A DNA stretch of 63,754 nucleotides, counting the filler, from Choristocarpus tenellus KU-1152 (taxonomy: Eukaryota > Protista > Phaeophyceae): the NCBI GenBank assembly GCA_964200185.2. It is 9 parts of 9 records of this genome, joined end to end, with 100 filler letters (N's around TTAATTAATTAA, not from the genome) between each part and the next. Parts side by side here need not be neighbours in the genome. Positions count along the whole stretch, not along the records: positions 1 to 31,783 come from CAXNAD020000077.1; 8 more parts are not named here. One strand, written 5' to 3'. Positions 15,401 through 27,630 of this stretch are shown here, piece after piece. The notes under the pieces were generated by a model that saw only the letters and a program-made list of their open reading frames with translations, was not told where the DNA came from and made no database searches. How positions within the stretch are numbered: position 1 is the stretch's first letter; each line of letters begins with the position of its first letter. The translations under genes were made by a program, and so were the position numbers.

Positions 15401-17395
15401 GGTACCAAACAAAGTTATATCAGTATCAAACAAAGTTTTATTCCAGCCGACATGCAGAATGACACTGTGGACTGTTAACAATGTTGTAAGAGGTACTCCC
15501 ATACACTCAAGTAGTGTAGGTGGAGTGTCAGTAGCAATTCCTTGGTTAGCATCCCCTTTTTGCCGCTGCCCCCTCCATATGTCGACATTCTCATTGTGAG
15601 AGACATAACCCATGTATACACAATTTTAAATGTGTAAGTAACTAAGGGGGGATGAACTGCTGGAACCACAAGCCTAGCAAATCATACAAGGATACCTTCC
15701 TTGTTAAGTAATCTCCTCCCTAAAGAGCCTTCATATATTTGAGTATCTTTCTTCTCCAGTGGTATGAATCCGAAGGATTCATGATAAAATAAACCAGCTC
15801 AAAATATTTTGGCGTACTCAATTGAACCAGACGTACGGACAATGCATAAGGCAAGGAGCTGAGAGGAGAGAATTACAAAAACACACAGCACACAATGTAC
15901 ATGGAAATAACTGAACAACCAAAATATTCCCAATTACGATTCCAACTATTCTTTCACTATATGATCTTTGACTATATGACCTTTCACTATATGAACTGTA
16001 AAGATTCATAGCCTCATTCACCTGTCAATGACACTTGGACGAATAGGAGTAAACACTTTACTTGGTCCTCCTTCCTTCATCTATAAAAAAAATATGCCAG
16101 TTTCAGCACATTTTCATAAATCCAGATAACGTCTATTCAGAAAACATTCCAGTAACATACTGTATTAATAACAACCAAAGCTTGCCTTTTTATACATGTC
16201 AAGACTAAAACACCAGATTAAACATGTAGTACCTGCGTACTACAATTCCACAACTCCAGGTGTTTATTCTCTATAACCCCCATCACACCTTTTCACATAA
16301 TTCCAGATTCTTTGTTTCCTGTTCCAGGCGAAAGAGTTGCATCTGCATTGACATCCACTCCACACTCTTATATCCTTTCACACTACTTCAATCTAAACTG
16401 TTCTGCGAGGACTTCATAGTCATCAATACATCCACATCTGGAAGTCATGCCACCCTCTTGGGTGGACAGATACTGGAAGTGCATAATGTTGAAGGTTGTG
16501 TAATTTTAGGCTGTGACAGTAACCATGGTCATATCCATGTGCAGGTCAGGGGGTGCTTTGTGCTGCATATTCGTGCGTAAAGGAAAGGATAGTTGATAGA
16601 GAAGTTGGGAAGTACATCAACCCTTGCAGACCTCACCTATTTGTTGTGAAAATTATACATCGGATATTTCCTTTTCATTGACATGCATCAAAATATATTG
16701 CTAAGACATCAAAGGTAGAAGTATTAAGTGGAAACACGATATTGAAATTAATTCAATGTCATTCGAAAAAGTCTTGACGTGAGAATAAGGGGAAGGTGCG
16801 AGCGCTGCCCAAGAGGGGTGGGCAGAAAATCTCTTTCGTCCCTCAAGTGAAACAACTGGTCCATTATCACAAGGATACAAAGCGATCCTTGTCAGCAGAC
16901 TTGCAGTCAAAGACTGATGTCATTGCTCTCACCACTCCTTGCCAAAAATCTTCGCCAAGCCCTTCCGGGGTACCCATGTTGAAGGGTCATCCATTGCAAT
17001 TCCTTCCTCCGCCAAAAAAGACCAGATCAAGTTTCTAGTTCAAGTGCCCAAGTTGCAAGGTTCAATACATAGGACGTGGTACAACAGAGAAAGAGCTTGG
17101 CTGTTAACATTTTGGTTTTAACCCGATTAAAAAAAGATAGGAAATCATGCAAGCTTTATCGAACTGCCTGTACAGCACCGCGACTTCCATCGGTACACCC
17201 TCAACGATTCACTCAAGGCGCATTCTTGGTATCATAAAACAGACTTCGCTTTTCCTCTCACCTGCAAGCCGCTGCCTCGTGATTGTCAAAAGCATCTCGC
17301 AGCATGACGTATCCTCTATCTTCGAACTGTAATATGTCTTCTGCAGAAAGGGGTCCATCAGCCTCCACTCGTAATAGAGAATTTCCCAGACTCAT
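493..17395 (-). CDS. Phytanoyl-CoA dioxygenase (PhyH)-family 2OG-Fe(II) oxygenase, multi-exon, 3' end not located (probably runs off the left edge). Exons 17395-17262, 17034-16933, 3496-3305, 2987-2851, 2728-2608, 580-493
   Basis: All introns are GT-AG and phase-consistent; 774 nt splice into 258 open codons: MSLGNSLLRVEADGPLSAEDILQFEDRGYVMLRDAF..CRNLIWSFLAEEGIAMDDPSTW..FTPRLLAAIDQLVG..GWWVVTFPG..KWHVDGAHF..LLPIFLFSDIRPGEGGTALLSGSH..GSAGDVMLTHPFLLHARSKN..RFMCHP. It has the PhyH hallmarks F-xx-GY-x-LR-AF, H-x-D, GGT..GSH and GD...H....H (Fe-binding triad). Confidence 0.9.
6851..7225. mobile_element. Old MITE-like element (inward-facing repeats at about 6851-6887 and 7082-7118) followed by a third copy of the terminus at 7189
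   Basis: aagagtggtatctcaa (6863-6878) and its exact reverse complement ttgagataccactctt (7091-7106); aacagtggtatctcaa at 7201. Confidence 0.5.
8346..9063 (-). mobile_element. Degenerate Tc1/mariner transposase fossil of the plant/stramenopile DD39D type, inside PhyH intron 2
   Basis: Frameshifted pieces read HVDKKWFY, YITKVMFLTAVSRPR, WLDGKLG/IGIWPI, AQRSSKH, ISAIKAHMP, IFVHQDGAKPH and PANSPDLN, in the collinear order of DD39D mariner motifs (HIDEKWF, KVMFLAAVARPR, DGKIGIWP, QQDNAKPH, PPNSPDLN). Confidence 0.85.
13789..13991. repeat. 102-bp tandem duplication (2 near-identical copies)
   Basis: aagacaattctcaggagaagaagtgtgc... starts at 13789 and again at 13891. Confidence 0.95.
14115..14199. 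repeat. 29-bp minisatellite, about 3 copies
   Basis: Core tagttacaactgatgcaga repeated three times at 29-nt spacing. Confidence 0.9.
14204..14339 (+). repeat. Dispersed repeat, copy 1 (homologous to 39825-39960)
   Basis: ttctgacgtgttt...cccccacct...gtgctcactccgctaataaat..atccat.ccacataaagcaaa.actctatt..aa.agctc shared with contig 3. Confidence 0.85.
15383..15441. repeat. 21-bp tandem repeat, about 3 copies
   Basis: a(c/t)caaacaaagtt(t/a)tatc(g/a)gt units. Confidence 0.85.
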
Positions 17396-17784
17396 TGCAC
17401 CATTCTTGGTATTCCTAGGACTAGAAAATAGTGGAGGTAACCACATCACAAATTTTTGTGATAACAAATTTTAACACAGGGGCTCCAAAGTACATGTAGA
17501 AATGAAATAGAATGGCCGAAAGAGGGGCAGAGAGACAAGTCACCCACCTTGAACTGTTACTCAACGATGTGAAGCAGGAGAAGAGGATTCCATTTCTGTA
17601 TATACTGTTTAGAGGTGGGTGTGGGTGGGGTATTTCGTTCCGTTTCGGGATTATTTCGGGACATGATTTGTCCAATCCAAAATCAACCCGATACCTTTTG
17701 TGTACCACCTGTTGATACATCTCTGCAACGAATTTTGTGTTGGAGTAGCGGGGGTACATCATGACTTGAAAGTGAATTGACCAG
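17396..17784. promoter_or_regulatory. Putative bidirectional promoter between divergent PhyH-like and VMP1 start codons, inside a CpG-rich island (about 16650-19000)
   Basis: The two inferred ATGs are 389 bp apart on opposite strands. By eye, CpG density here is far higher than in the flanking introns. Confidence 0.65.
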
Positions 17785-20700
17785 ATGGCTCCTGAAGTTG
17801 ATACGACAGCGGGACGCACTTTGGCAACCGCAATGGATGTATCGATAGCACAGTCAATTGTGGATGGGGAAGCAGTGGAGCATCTCCAAGAAGAGTTGAA
17901 GGCAACTCGGCGCGACTTGACGCTGTTCCGACACCCTTTGCTTACGATCCGGTGTGTATCCTTGTAGTTTAAATTTTGCGTTTAAATCTATATTGGAAGC
18001 CCTTATATTCTCTCCGGTGTAAAAGCACACTCCCGTACCACCTCTATGACATAATCTGTTGTTTAGGGTTCTCTACTTCTATGCTTTTTGTGGAATTTGG
18101 GTGGAGTACCTTTTTTAAAATGTTCTCGAGAGTGAGCATTCCAGTTTGGGCACTGTAAGGATGTCCGAGTCCCGCCACTTGCGCTGTTTTCGAACACTGA
18201 CTCTCCCCGCTATTCTATTGAGACCCTCCTACGCCTCTGCTCTTGTCACAACAGTTTAGTTAGAGTTCCTTAAAGCTGTAGTATTTGAGAAAGTAGTACC
18301 TTTTTGGAATTCCCTTAGCAGGCTGGATGTTATTCAGATTTTGGTCGGACTTTTGGACTGCCATTTATGGCTCATCACTATCAGCCTGTACAATTTGTGG
18401 TTATGGAACATTGTCGAGTTCACCAGGGACATTGCTTAAACAACACACGCAAAAACGAGTGCCAGATTCGAAAACATACACCATCACTTGATTTCATTAT
18501 TTAACAACGATATCAACTAGCTTATTTTTCGAATCTTCAACAACGTGAGCCTGTTACCCCAGCCAATTTTTTTGTAACAGACTCCCTTACTGAGACACTT
18601 TCCTCGAGTCCTGTTGAAGAATTACTATCTCTATTTGATTCAGAGCCACAAAACCAACTCTTCAGTTTCAATCTACTTCGCCCCCTCATGTTTTACATAT
18701 TACCTACATAACAAGGGAGGATTAATCCACCTGTTTGTTATGATTCGACTCAGATATGCTGCTAGAGATTCAAGGCTATACTTTGGAGGTGGAGTTTTTC
18801 TTTGCCCTATTTGAAAAGTAGTCTCTGTCTTTCACTTTGCTTTTGCGGGCTACCCATTTCCGATTTTTCTGTTTAACTTTGGGCACTGCGAAGTTTCCTC
18901 GCATACCTCCAGTTGCGCTGTGTTGTGTGTCTCTGTTCTGCTGTTGGAATCCTCGAAAACAATTTTTGTACTAGATAGACTTGTTGATTAGTTTGTTACT
19001 GTACCAATCCACCTGAATCAGTACACTGCAGTGCACATTGGAACCCCCCTGTATTTGGGAATCAACGTCTTCAGGAACCACTTGAATGTTTTGTGTCCTT
19101 TTTTGGATGCATTTTGGAAAACCTAGCCCAATCCCTAACCTTCACCGTAACTCTAACTGTGTGTGGAAAAATTCCAAATACCAAAGGAAACCCTCTAAAA
19201 GAAGTGGTGCAGCAGTGCAGTGTAAACTGGGCAAGCACCACCTCTCAAGGATCCACCATGTTTCAGTTTTTCACACACATTTTCAAAAATATAACCCTAA
19301 CCCTAAACTGCATTAGAAGAAATGAATAAAGTATGATAGTGGTGGTTCTACAAGACCGGGGTGGTTCCCCGAGATAGGGGGGCTCACCTGTGCACTTCAA
19401 CATATCAAGCTTACCTCTGCTGAATAGATACAATGTACTGCAACCAGTTTCCCATCTGACATCCATATTCCACCCAATCAAACCCAATATCCAGGTATTT
19501 TGGGACCTGTATTTTGCGATGGTCTGGAGCCACCATACCTGTTGTTGCCACCCATCCCTTTTTGGTTTTCTTTGTGGCCCCTGCTATATTACTCTGGTAC
19601 TGCCTTGAGCATATCCCTGGCCCTTACACGGAAAACATTGACCAGGTCTGATATTGATATTTGGCAAAAGGAGCGTAGTGCATACCAAAATTAAACACTT
19701 GAAGGTAAATATGATCTTCTCTGTCATAGGTCTTACCCTGACTAACAACCTGTTTTCTGCTGTCCCAACCCTCATCCTCAGATGGAGAAAGTGGTTATAT
19801 TTATTGTGTGGTGGGTGGGGCTGGGTGTGTTGTCATCTGTGGGACTAGGGACAGGTATGCACTCGGGTGTGCTCTTCCTTTTCCCACATATTATGAAGGC
19901 AAGTGCTGCACCAGCTGAGAGGTTTCCACCTGCTTGTTTAGATATACTCTTAATGATGGGATTCCACTCTTTTAATTTGTACTTGCAAGTCATAATGCTG
20001 TTGTGTGAGGTGTTCAAAAAGTTTTTGATTCTTGAATCACCTTGACTTAGAGGCTGTTGTGTTTGAGCACCTTGGCCAGAAGATAGTGTAATTTAATTCT
20101 GAAATCACTTGGGCTTGTGTTCTTTGTTGTCACTTCAAAGCACTTATATCATGTAACTAGCACACTACATTGAATCTCAGACGTGCATTGCAGCAAAGGA
20201 GTGTGGGACAACAGACTTCGAGACTAGTGGAAATATGTGGTTCAGCAGCAGCGATGCAATTTTTGCCTGCCCAGAGTCAGCTGATAGCCCTTCAAAGGAA
20301 GAATTGTCACCAGTGACATTTCTCCAAATCTTGCTGAAGGTAAGCAAGAAAGGGACATGACTTTCTGAGGAATACATGTATGACTACACCAAATATTGGG
20401 AGGGGAAGTTTGTCCATGAATCTCCAAGCATGCAGCTTTGATGTAAGAATTGTTCATTTCAAATCTTTGGTTTTTGGTTGCTCAGCACTTATCACAAGGC
20501 AGAACTTGACGCCAAGCTAGTGAAGGAACTGCTGAAGGGTAAATAACTCAGTGTTCTGTTTCATCAGGGGAGTTCTTGATCAGAATCACCCTGCATCTTG
20601 ATCAAATTTTTACTTGAAAATGTAATATTACTTAAAAATCATGGAATGTGCACAAATTTGACCTATGCCTGAAGCAACTAGAATTTGTCAAATTGTTCAT

Positions 20701-23700
20701 TCTCTTTGTAGTGTGGTTCATAGTTCCAGGTATTATCTAGTTTTATGCAAATGTTTGAAACAGACACGCTGACAATAGTCCACTTCTCCCATTCTGTTCT
20801 GGCATCTTCTGGTACAGGTTTACCCGGCTTGTGTATTATGGGGGGCAGGGACAGCAATCGGGGAGATACCTCCCTATGCTTTGTCGCGTGCAGCATCTGA
20901 GGTAAGTTTTTTTTTTAATGATGCAGTATCTGTTGAAGTGTTTGCTTCCCCCTCTAGTTGTATCAACTGTAGTGAGTTTAAATACACCTTGAGATATATG
21001 TTGAGGTAATTCTTGCACCGGTCTTTGTATCTGTAAATCTGTTGGAGTGAAGGCCTCGCCAAAGGTCATGCTAAATGTGTTGCTGTCTTATTTTCACAAT
21101 CAAAGGTGTTGAGAATTTTGTTGTTCATGATGATGCACTTATTTAGCAACCTCCACCTGCAGTCCAACACATTCATGATTACTTTTTTATGTTGATATTG
21201 ATCCCCTGGATACAGTGCACCTTCCTTCACCACCTTACACCTTACAGTGCTCACTGCAGGGGTCACCTAGTCTGATAATTGATGAGGTTTTTTCCAGATT
21301 CTGATATAGACTGTCGTTGTGTCCTGTTTGCATTTGTAATTGTCTGACTGGTTCAACAGCAGGGTGTGTATCTCAACAAAAAAAATGCCCTGGAATTGAG
21401 ACTGGCCCTGATTCCCCTCACGTGTCCATCATCCTGGATGGACTTGAACATTAATCCTGAATCAATGGGACTCAACGTAGCATGCTTTTGTTTATGTTTT
21501 TTTATTTCTTCAAAAACTTGTTAGGCTGGTGAGCGACTTGCTGGAATGGACGAGATAGATGAGCTTGGAAGCCAAGACGCTGTGGCTGGAAGGTTTGATG
21601 TGGTGAGGAACACTCAAACACCCAATTGCCAACTTTTGGCCGTGTTTGATTTCAACGATTTCAACGATTTCAACTTTCATATTCCTCTGCTGAAACATCT
21701 GTGAAGGGTATTGTCTTAAGCAGATTGAAAGGAATTAACCTGCTTACACATTGTGACCCTATGCTTCAGATTAAGCGTTCAAAAATATGGATGATCCACT
21801 TCCTCAAAAAGCATGGTTTCCTGGGTATCTTCCTTCTGTCTTCGTGGCCAAACATGGCTTTTGACCTTTGTGGTATCTGCTGTGGGTACTTTCTCATGCC
21901 ATTCTGGACCTTCTTTGGTGCCACCCTACTGGGCAAGGCTGGAATAAAAGTAAGTCAATAAAAGTAAGTGGGCATGCGATGACACCCTGCAAATCTTAAA
22001 ATTGCAAGTAGGTTGGGGAAGAGACTCTGAATTTACCTGCTAGGCTGCAGCATTTTGAGTTTTAAACTGAATAAATAGGCCTTTCTTATTTTATTTTTCA
22101 AACTTGGCAAATGCACCATGCCAAAAAGAGTTACCCTCAGAATACACCAACTCAACCCTCTACATCAAACTGTGACCAGAAGATATCCACACCATGCAAC
22201 CTTGCCTAATATATAGCACAATACACATGGCACATGGCACATCATCCAGTGCTAGCACACACCAGTACCGTGCAAGGTATCAATACAATAGATCATTGTG
22301 TTATCGTACCAAGTCTGAAGCAAGAGTCTTGCTGGGGGTTTTGGGCTCAAATGCTCTAGTATAATGAAATATTCTTACCTCACTCTGAAGTACAGTACAG
22401 TCATTGACTTCGGTTCATAAGCGCTAGAAAGGTACTACAGTCTCTTCTTGATGACATTTGGAGACACATGAGTGATTAAATTAGTGGAACAAATTTTCGA
22501 AGCTTTCTGATGGCAAATAAGGGATACACTTGTATCATTTGAAAGGGTGTCCAGGTAAAATTGTAGAAGTATGCTCTCAATTATTCACCCCTCAGGCGTT
22601 GTGCAAAAAGAAATGTATTTGTTTTGATGTGATGTCACAAACCACAAATTTTACATTTATACAGTGATTTCTTCTACATAAGCTATTGTTTTGTAGTGAA
22701 GCAGTCTCGTTTTCTGAGGTTAAAAGTCAAAGTTAGAGTTAAACATGTGTATGCAGAAAAGAACAGAAAAGAACAAAAGTGTTTAATTACATAGAATATT
22801 CATTCCATAATGGTTATCTGCTGTACTATTTCTGTGTATGCCAGATTGCAGTCAGTATATGCTTGGTTTTGAACACCTCACAATGTGTTTTCTTTTGCTA
22901 TGGTCTTATCCTAAGCAAAAAGTAAGAATTTCAACCTGTCAATAACTAGCTTACCAATACACATGTTACAACAATACATTGGTTTGAATTAGCAATTGGG
23001 GTTTTTTGTTCAATCAGCCTCATCCTGTAAAGTTATTTTGATAATATTAGTTGACAATGACAATGAATACACAAAAATAGTCCTGGGCCTGACAGAGGTG
23101 CAATACTCAGAGCCAGTCAAAATCGCACAGGGTTGAAATGAGAGTGGTTGGGGCCACTATGATCCCTCCTTAGATGTTGGAGCTGTAAGCTTAGCTGTTG
23201 CTCAGAGTCATGAAGTCACTGTTGATAACTTTCTATCACTTGTCTCATAATGAGTACCTGTGTGTGTTACCAAGTTTATCACACTCCAGGCCCTCAGAGT
23301 TGTTGATGTAGACCTGCTCATATTATCAATGATAATATTGAATTGCTCAATTTTTATTGTGTAGGGTCCTCCAATGCCTCAGAGAGTGATTGCAGGATCA
23401 TGAGGATGTCACACATCAAATCACATGCCATTTAGATTAGGCTTTCCCAGCAAATGACATTTAGGCCTTGAGAAAGTCTGGCAAACCCCTACACTGCTTT
23501 ATGTTGGTGAGCTGAGCTTGTATGCTGCCCTCAGTTTGTGAACCAAATTACTATCACTATTAATAGTATAATACTAATGCTGCACTGACATTGAAGGTTT
23601 TTGTTTTGTAGTTTGTACCAGCGATAGTAGCAAGTTGGAACATTCAAATCTTAAGTCTAGGGTTTTGATCTACAGTGAATCAAGTCTTCAACTATCCAAC

Positions 23701-26700
23701 TAATGGTCAAACGTTTTTTTTTGTTTGTCTCTACAAGGTTGGTCACAGTATAATTTGTAAGTCAGGCATGAACTGGTAAAAAGGAGACAACACCGTCAGA
23801 ATAGTGATTTTTATAGTACATTTATTTGGAGGGATAGATTATAACATACAGTACTGTTTGCAGCAAAGGGAAATACAACGGATACAGGGTATTTTGGTGC
23901 TAGTAGTGCTAGCAGTGTTTTTCCTGAGATATAAAGGTTGATGGTGAATTCACCATTTGAAGTAGTGTCTAAAGGCGTATATTGCAGTGCTGTGTACATG
24001 ATGCTTTTCCCTTTCAAGGTGTCAGTTCACAATATTTGTTACCACATACTGATTTAAGTGTTTGGCTTGTATGTGATGTGTCTAATTGTGGGGATAGGGC
24101 ATCCAAGGGAGTGATTTTTAAAAGATGCACTCGTTCATTGGATCAAATACATCAAACGTTTTCGGGCAAATTATTTGGTTATCAGCGTACTTGAATACTG
24201 TGAGCCATATCAACATATTTTGATGGGTACTAAAGACTAGATTTACAACTATTTGTCACAACGGTCACGGTGGTGAAAGTTTTGTAAAACGATCTTATCA
24301 TACAGATCATACTCTTCTCATTTGTCTTATTTTAAGGAACTGAGAGTTCATGTCGTATTGGTATGCTCTTGCTTGACATTCCTTGATAAGGAATAAAATG
24401 TGATGAGTCAGAACAGCATTTTCATGAGGCTAAAACAACCCGGGAGCTGGACCAAATGACCTGGTTGAGAGTTTCTCTCCAGAGATCTTTTCATCACCAC
24501 TCAAAAACAACTAAGGCTTCAATTCACTCCAAGTTTGCGCCATACCTGTGCTGTCCACATTCCTTGCCAGCATGGTTGACATACCGAGCAAGTGTTGACC
24601 CTGTATGCACTGGTGTAAATATACATGATTCTAGATCCAGGTGTTTCACCATTGCATTATTTGATGTGGGCATGATCAATTCTTTATTGTACTCTAGTAC
24701 CAACCAGGACTCATGTTGTCATAGATCTGCACTCGTTACACCTCAACTATTCCCCTCTTTGTACTACCAACTGCAATCCCTGATTTCCACAAGAATCTGT
24801 ACAGAGCCAACACTGTCATCCTACACAGAAAGCACAATTGGGCACAAACTTTCAACGAAAAATATGCAAATTGGCTGCTATGACTGTGGTATTTTACTTG
24901 TCTCCATGAGTTCTTACTTTCACATCACCACTCAAATCATATCCCTTGTGCACAGTCTTCATTAGGCAAATAGACATGCTCTTTCATAGGTGGTCTACTT
25001 CTAATGATGCAACACTCAGGGTAATTGATTTCTGATAACTTAAACCCTTCCTCTGTGACCTCTGCAAGGCCAGTCTATAAGAATCCTCAATCAAGCCAAC
25101 TGAGTATACTTGACCCATGCTTGATCTGTTTATTCATCCATTAAGCATCTTTATTTGGGTGTTCCTTGGAGCTTTCAGCTCATGTCAACTAACTTATCCT
25201 TGTTCCAGTATTTCACATTTTCAACTCAAGGTTATTTTGTGTGCTCCCTGCCACTCTGACTGAGATGAGCCCTATCCATGGTTGTATTGCTGGTTTCCAG
25301 ATAAATAGGCGTTTTGCTGCACAAGAACGAAGTGTGAGGCAACCACAATACAACGAAAGTTGCTCTGTCCTCTTCATATGTTGTATGTTCCTGTCCAGGT
25401 CCTAATGCAGGCAGCCTTCTTCACAATGCTGTTCCATGAGGACTACCTAGAGAGGTTCATTGGTGTGCTTCAGCGAATAGTACCTCTTCAGTTGGATGTT
25501 GCAAGTCTGGTGCACAGTGTATTGGAGCAGGTATGGGGGAAATGCATGTGTTGTGTGTTGTACAGGCACATGTCTTCCCCCAGAGTGCACCACATCCTTG
25601 TACCAGGACTTTTATATCCCCTTTCCTCACTGGTACATACTTTGAAGTATCCCATAGTAGTACAAGATATTGCCACATGTCGCAACATTGCAGAGGTACA
25701 TTTCCTTTTCAGGTGGGGAGAGTCAATAACACTACCCTCTGTGGAAGACATAACTTGTGCACAACTGCATTCCTTTATTTGCTACTTTACAATCATTTGG
25801 CTCAAATATATTGAACAAACAGCATTGCCTGGAAGTTATTTAATGCATTGGCAACTTCTTGAAACTAGGTACTCTAATAGCTGTCTCCCCCTCCTCACTT
25901 ATTCTGCAGGGCAAGGCACAGTTCCATAGCAAGAAACAGGCAGATGCAGGGGGGAGCATTTTAGGACAGCTGAGTGCTGTGTGGACTGTATTTATGGGAA
26001 TTTTGATGACCTTGTTTGCCATTTCCTGCATCAATCAAGTTGCACAGCTGTGGTGAGTGATGGAGTGGAAAGGACATCTCAGAAAGTTACACAGAATCGA
26101 GTATTAAATGCTAAACACATCAATAGAACCAGGAGTTTAGCCAATAGGATTTGTAGTGAACAGGAGTGTAGGCGGCTGTTTCGTCACAAGCAAGATAGAT
26201 AAAACAGGGCATTGGGGTATTCACCATGTACCACATCATTTGTGGGGGGGTTGTAACATAGGGGGCACACTCTGGATCCACCACAGGCAACCTATAAAAA
26301 AGGAACTGTTAAACCTTTCTTCCTTGTTGATATTGGACAGGCGATGGATGATGTGATGGAGGGGGGAAAGGCTGAACAAGTTTGAGATGGGGTTTATGCT
26401 GTACTCTATGTCTATTACTCAAACTTGTTTATTGTATTAATGGTGGGCATGAAATGTATTTAAAATACAGCATGTATGACCTCTGATGCATCTAAAACTA
26501 TGCCGCTAGTTTTTTTTATCGGTATGAGAGTAGCTTTTTGTGCTGGGATGACAATGTCCAGGAGATCTTCTAGGTTATGTGTTGCGTTGCAGGTGGAGAG
26601 GTTTACTTCATGGAGATACTCATGCTGTGAGACCATGCATACATGCAAAATTTCATCACCAGTAGATTGCTAGGCTGGAGAAGGGCTAAAAAAAAGATTG

Positions 26701-27088
26701 ATCATGACTACGGAGTATTCTCTCCACATCACATCATGACAACCTCTAACAATTCCCATTCTATGTATTAGTAATTGCTCATGTATGAGTTAATAGTTTA
26801 AGTGAGTGGATACAGTGTATTATTAGTATGAATAGTAGGGAGGTACTCTAGCACACCTATTTCTGTTGCATTGTGGCAGATTGTGTTTAGCTTTATTTCA
26901 TCCATCTCTTCAGAAAATGAAGCATTCATCCATACAACTGTTCAAATGTTGCAACCTAAACCCTCCCTACCTGTATTTTGTTCGTCAGTGCGGCTGAGGA
27001 GGATGCCAAGAGGGTGCAAGCCTTCAAAGGGAAGGGGGATGGGGGTGATGGCATTCAGAGGGAAGATGATTCCAAGAAGCAGCGGTGA
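17785..27088 (+). CDS. VMP1: Vacuole membrane protein 1 (VMP1/KMS1, DedA/SNARE-associated domain), complete, 436 aa. Exons 17785-17951, 19495-19645, 19782-19898, 20181-20339, 20818-20901, 21525-21602, 21770-21949, 25399-25530, 25910-26052, 26989-27088
   Basis: Exons total 1311 nt in one frame from ATG to TGA. Family motifs: LTLFRHPLLT, WWVGLGVLSSVGLGTGMHSGVLFLFPHI, WGAGTAIGEIPPYALSRAA, GFLGIFLLSSWPNMAFDLCGICCGYFLMPFWTFFGATLLGKAGIK, SCINQVAQ. Intron 3 needs a GC donor (gcaagt at 19899). Confidence 0.95.
19027..19399. mobile_element. Diverged MITE-like element in VMP1 intron 1
   Basis: Left end tgcagtgcacattggaacccccctgtatttggga...gaaccac resembles the reverse complement of the right end (tgaagtgcacaggtgagcccccctatctcgggga...gaaccac). 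Confidence 0.5.
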
Positions 27089-27354
27089 TGGGAGGAGGGC
27101 AGAAAATGAGCAGAAGATATCCAAGGGGAAACACCTTTTTTGTACTTTCCTTGCCTTTCTTTTTTTTGTATCTGGAAATTCCTGTAGGATCTCTCACTGT
27201 ACCTGACCTCTATTGGTTGTAAATTGATTTTTGTCAGTTGAAAAGAATTGTAACTCCCTTTCAGGGTCACATCGAATATGTTGTGTAAGGGAGGCATTGG
27301 GGATGCAACTGGCCATTGTAGAAAAGTGTCTGCCACTGTTACGACTTTGCTGTG

Positions 27355-27630
27355 TCAGGTGCAGATTCTATCCCACATTTTAGCACAAGTATATGTGGAA
27401 TGATCGTGTTGCAAAGGTGTAGCTTCGGGCTGAACAGCGCCGCACACTTTTGTTTGAATAGTATAGTATAATTGATTTGGTTGTTCAACATCGGCCCTCT
27501 CAACGCCATTCAGAACATGTTTTTGCAGATTAATGATGTGAACAACACAACCTGTATCCAGGTGCACAATTTTTGAATCATACAATATGTTCCACTCCAT
27601 ATGAATACTTGAGGCTTCAGTATCATCCAT
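27355..27630 (-). mobile_element. Degenerate hAT-like transposase fragment
   Basis: MDDTEASS..W..GCVVHIINL..CAKMWD resembles the hAT motifs (T/M)DNA.. / C-x-x-H-x-LNL / TRW. Short and eroded. Confidence 0.45.

Noticed and set aside
24456-25200. 169-aa ORF / possible DIRS-type RNase H remnant in VMP1 intron 7
   Set aside because: Only a faint resemblance (HIP...DML.RW) across broken frames. Too eroded to call without a profile search.
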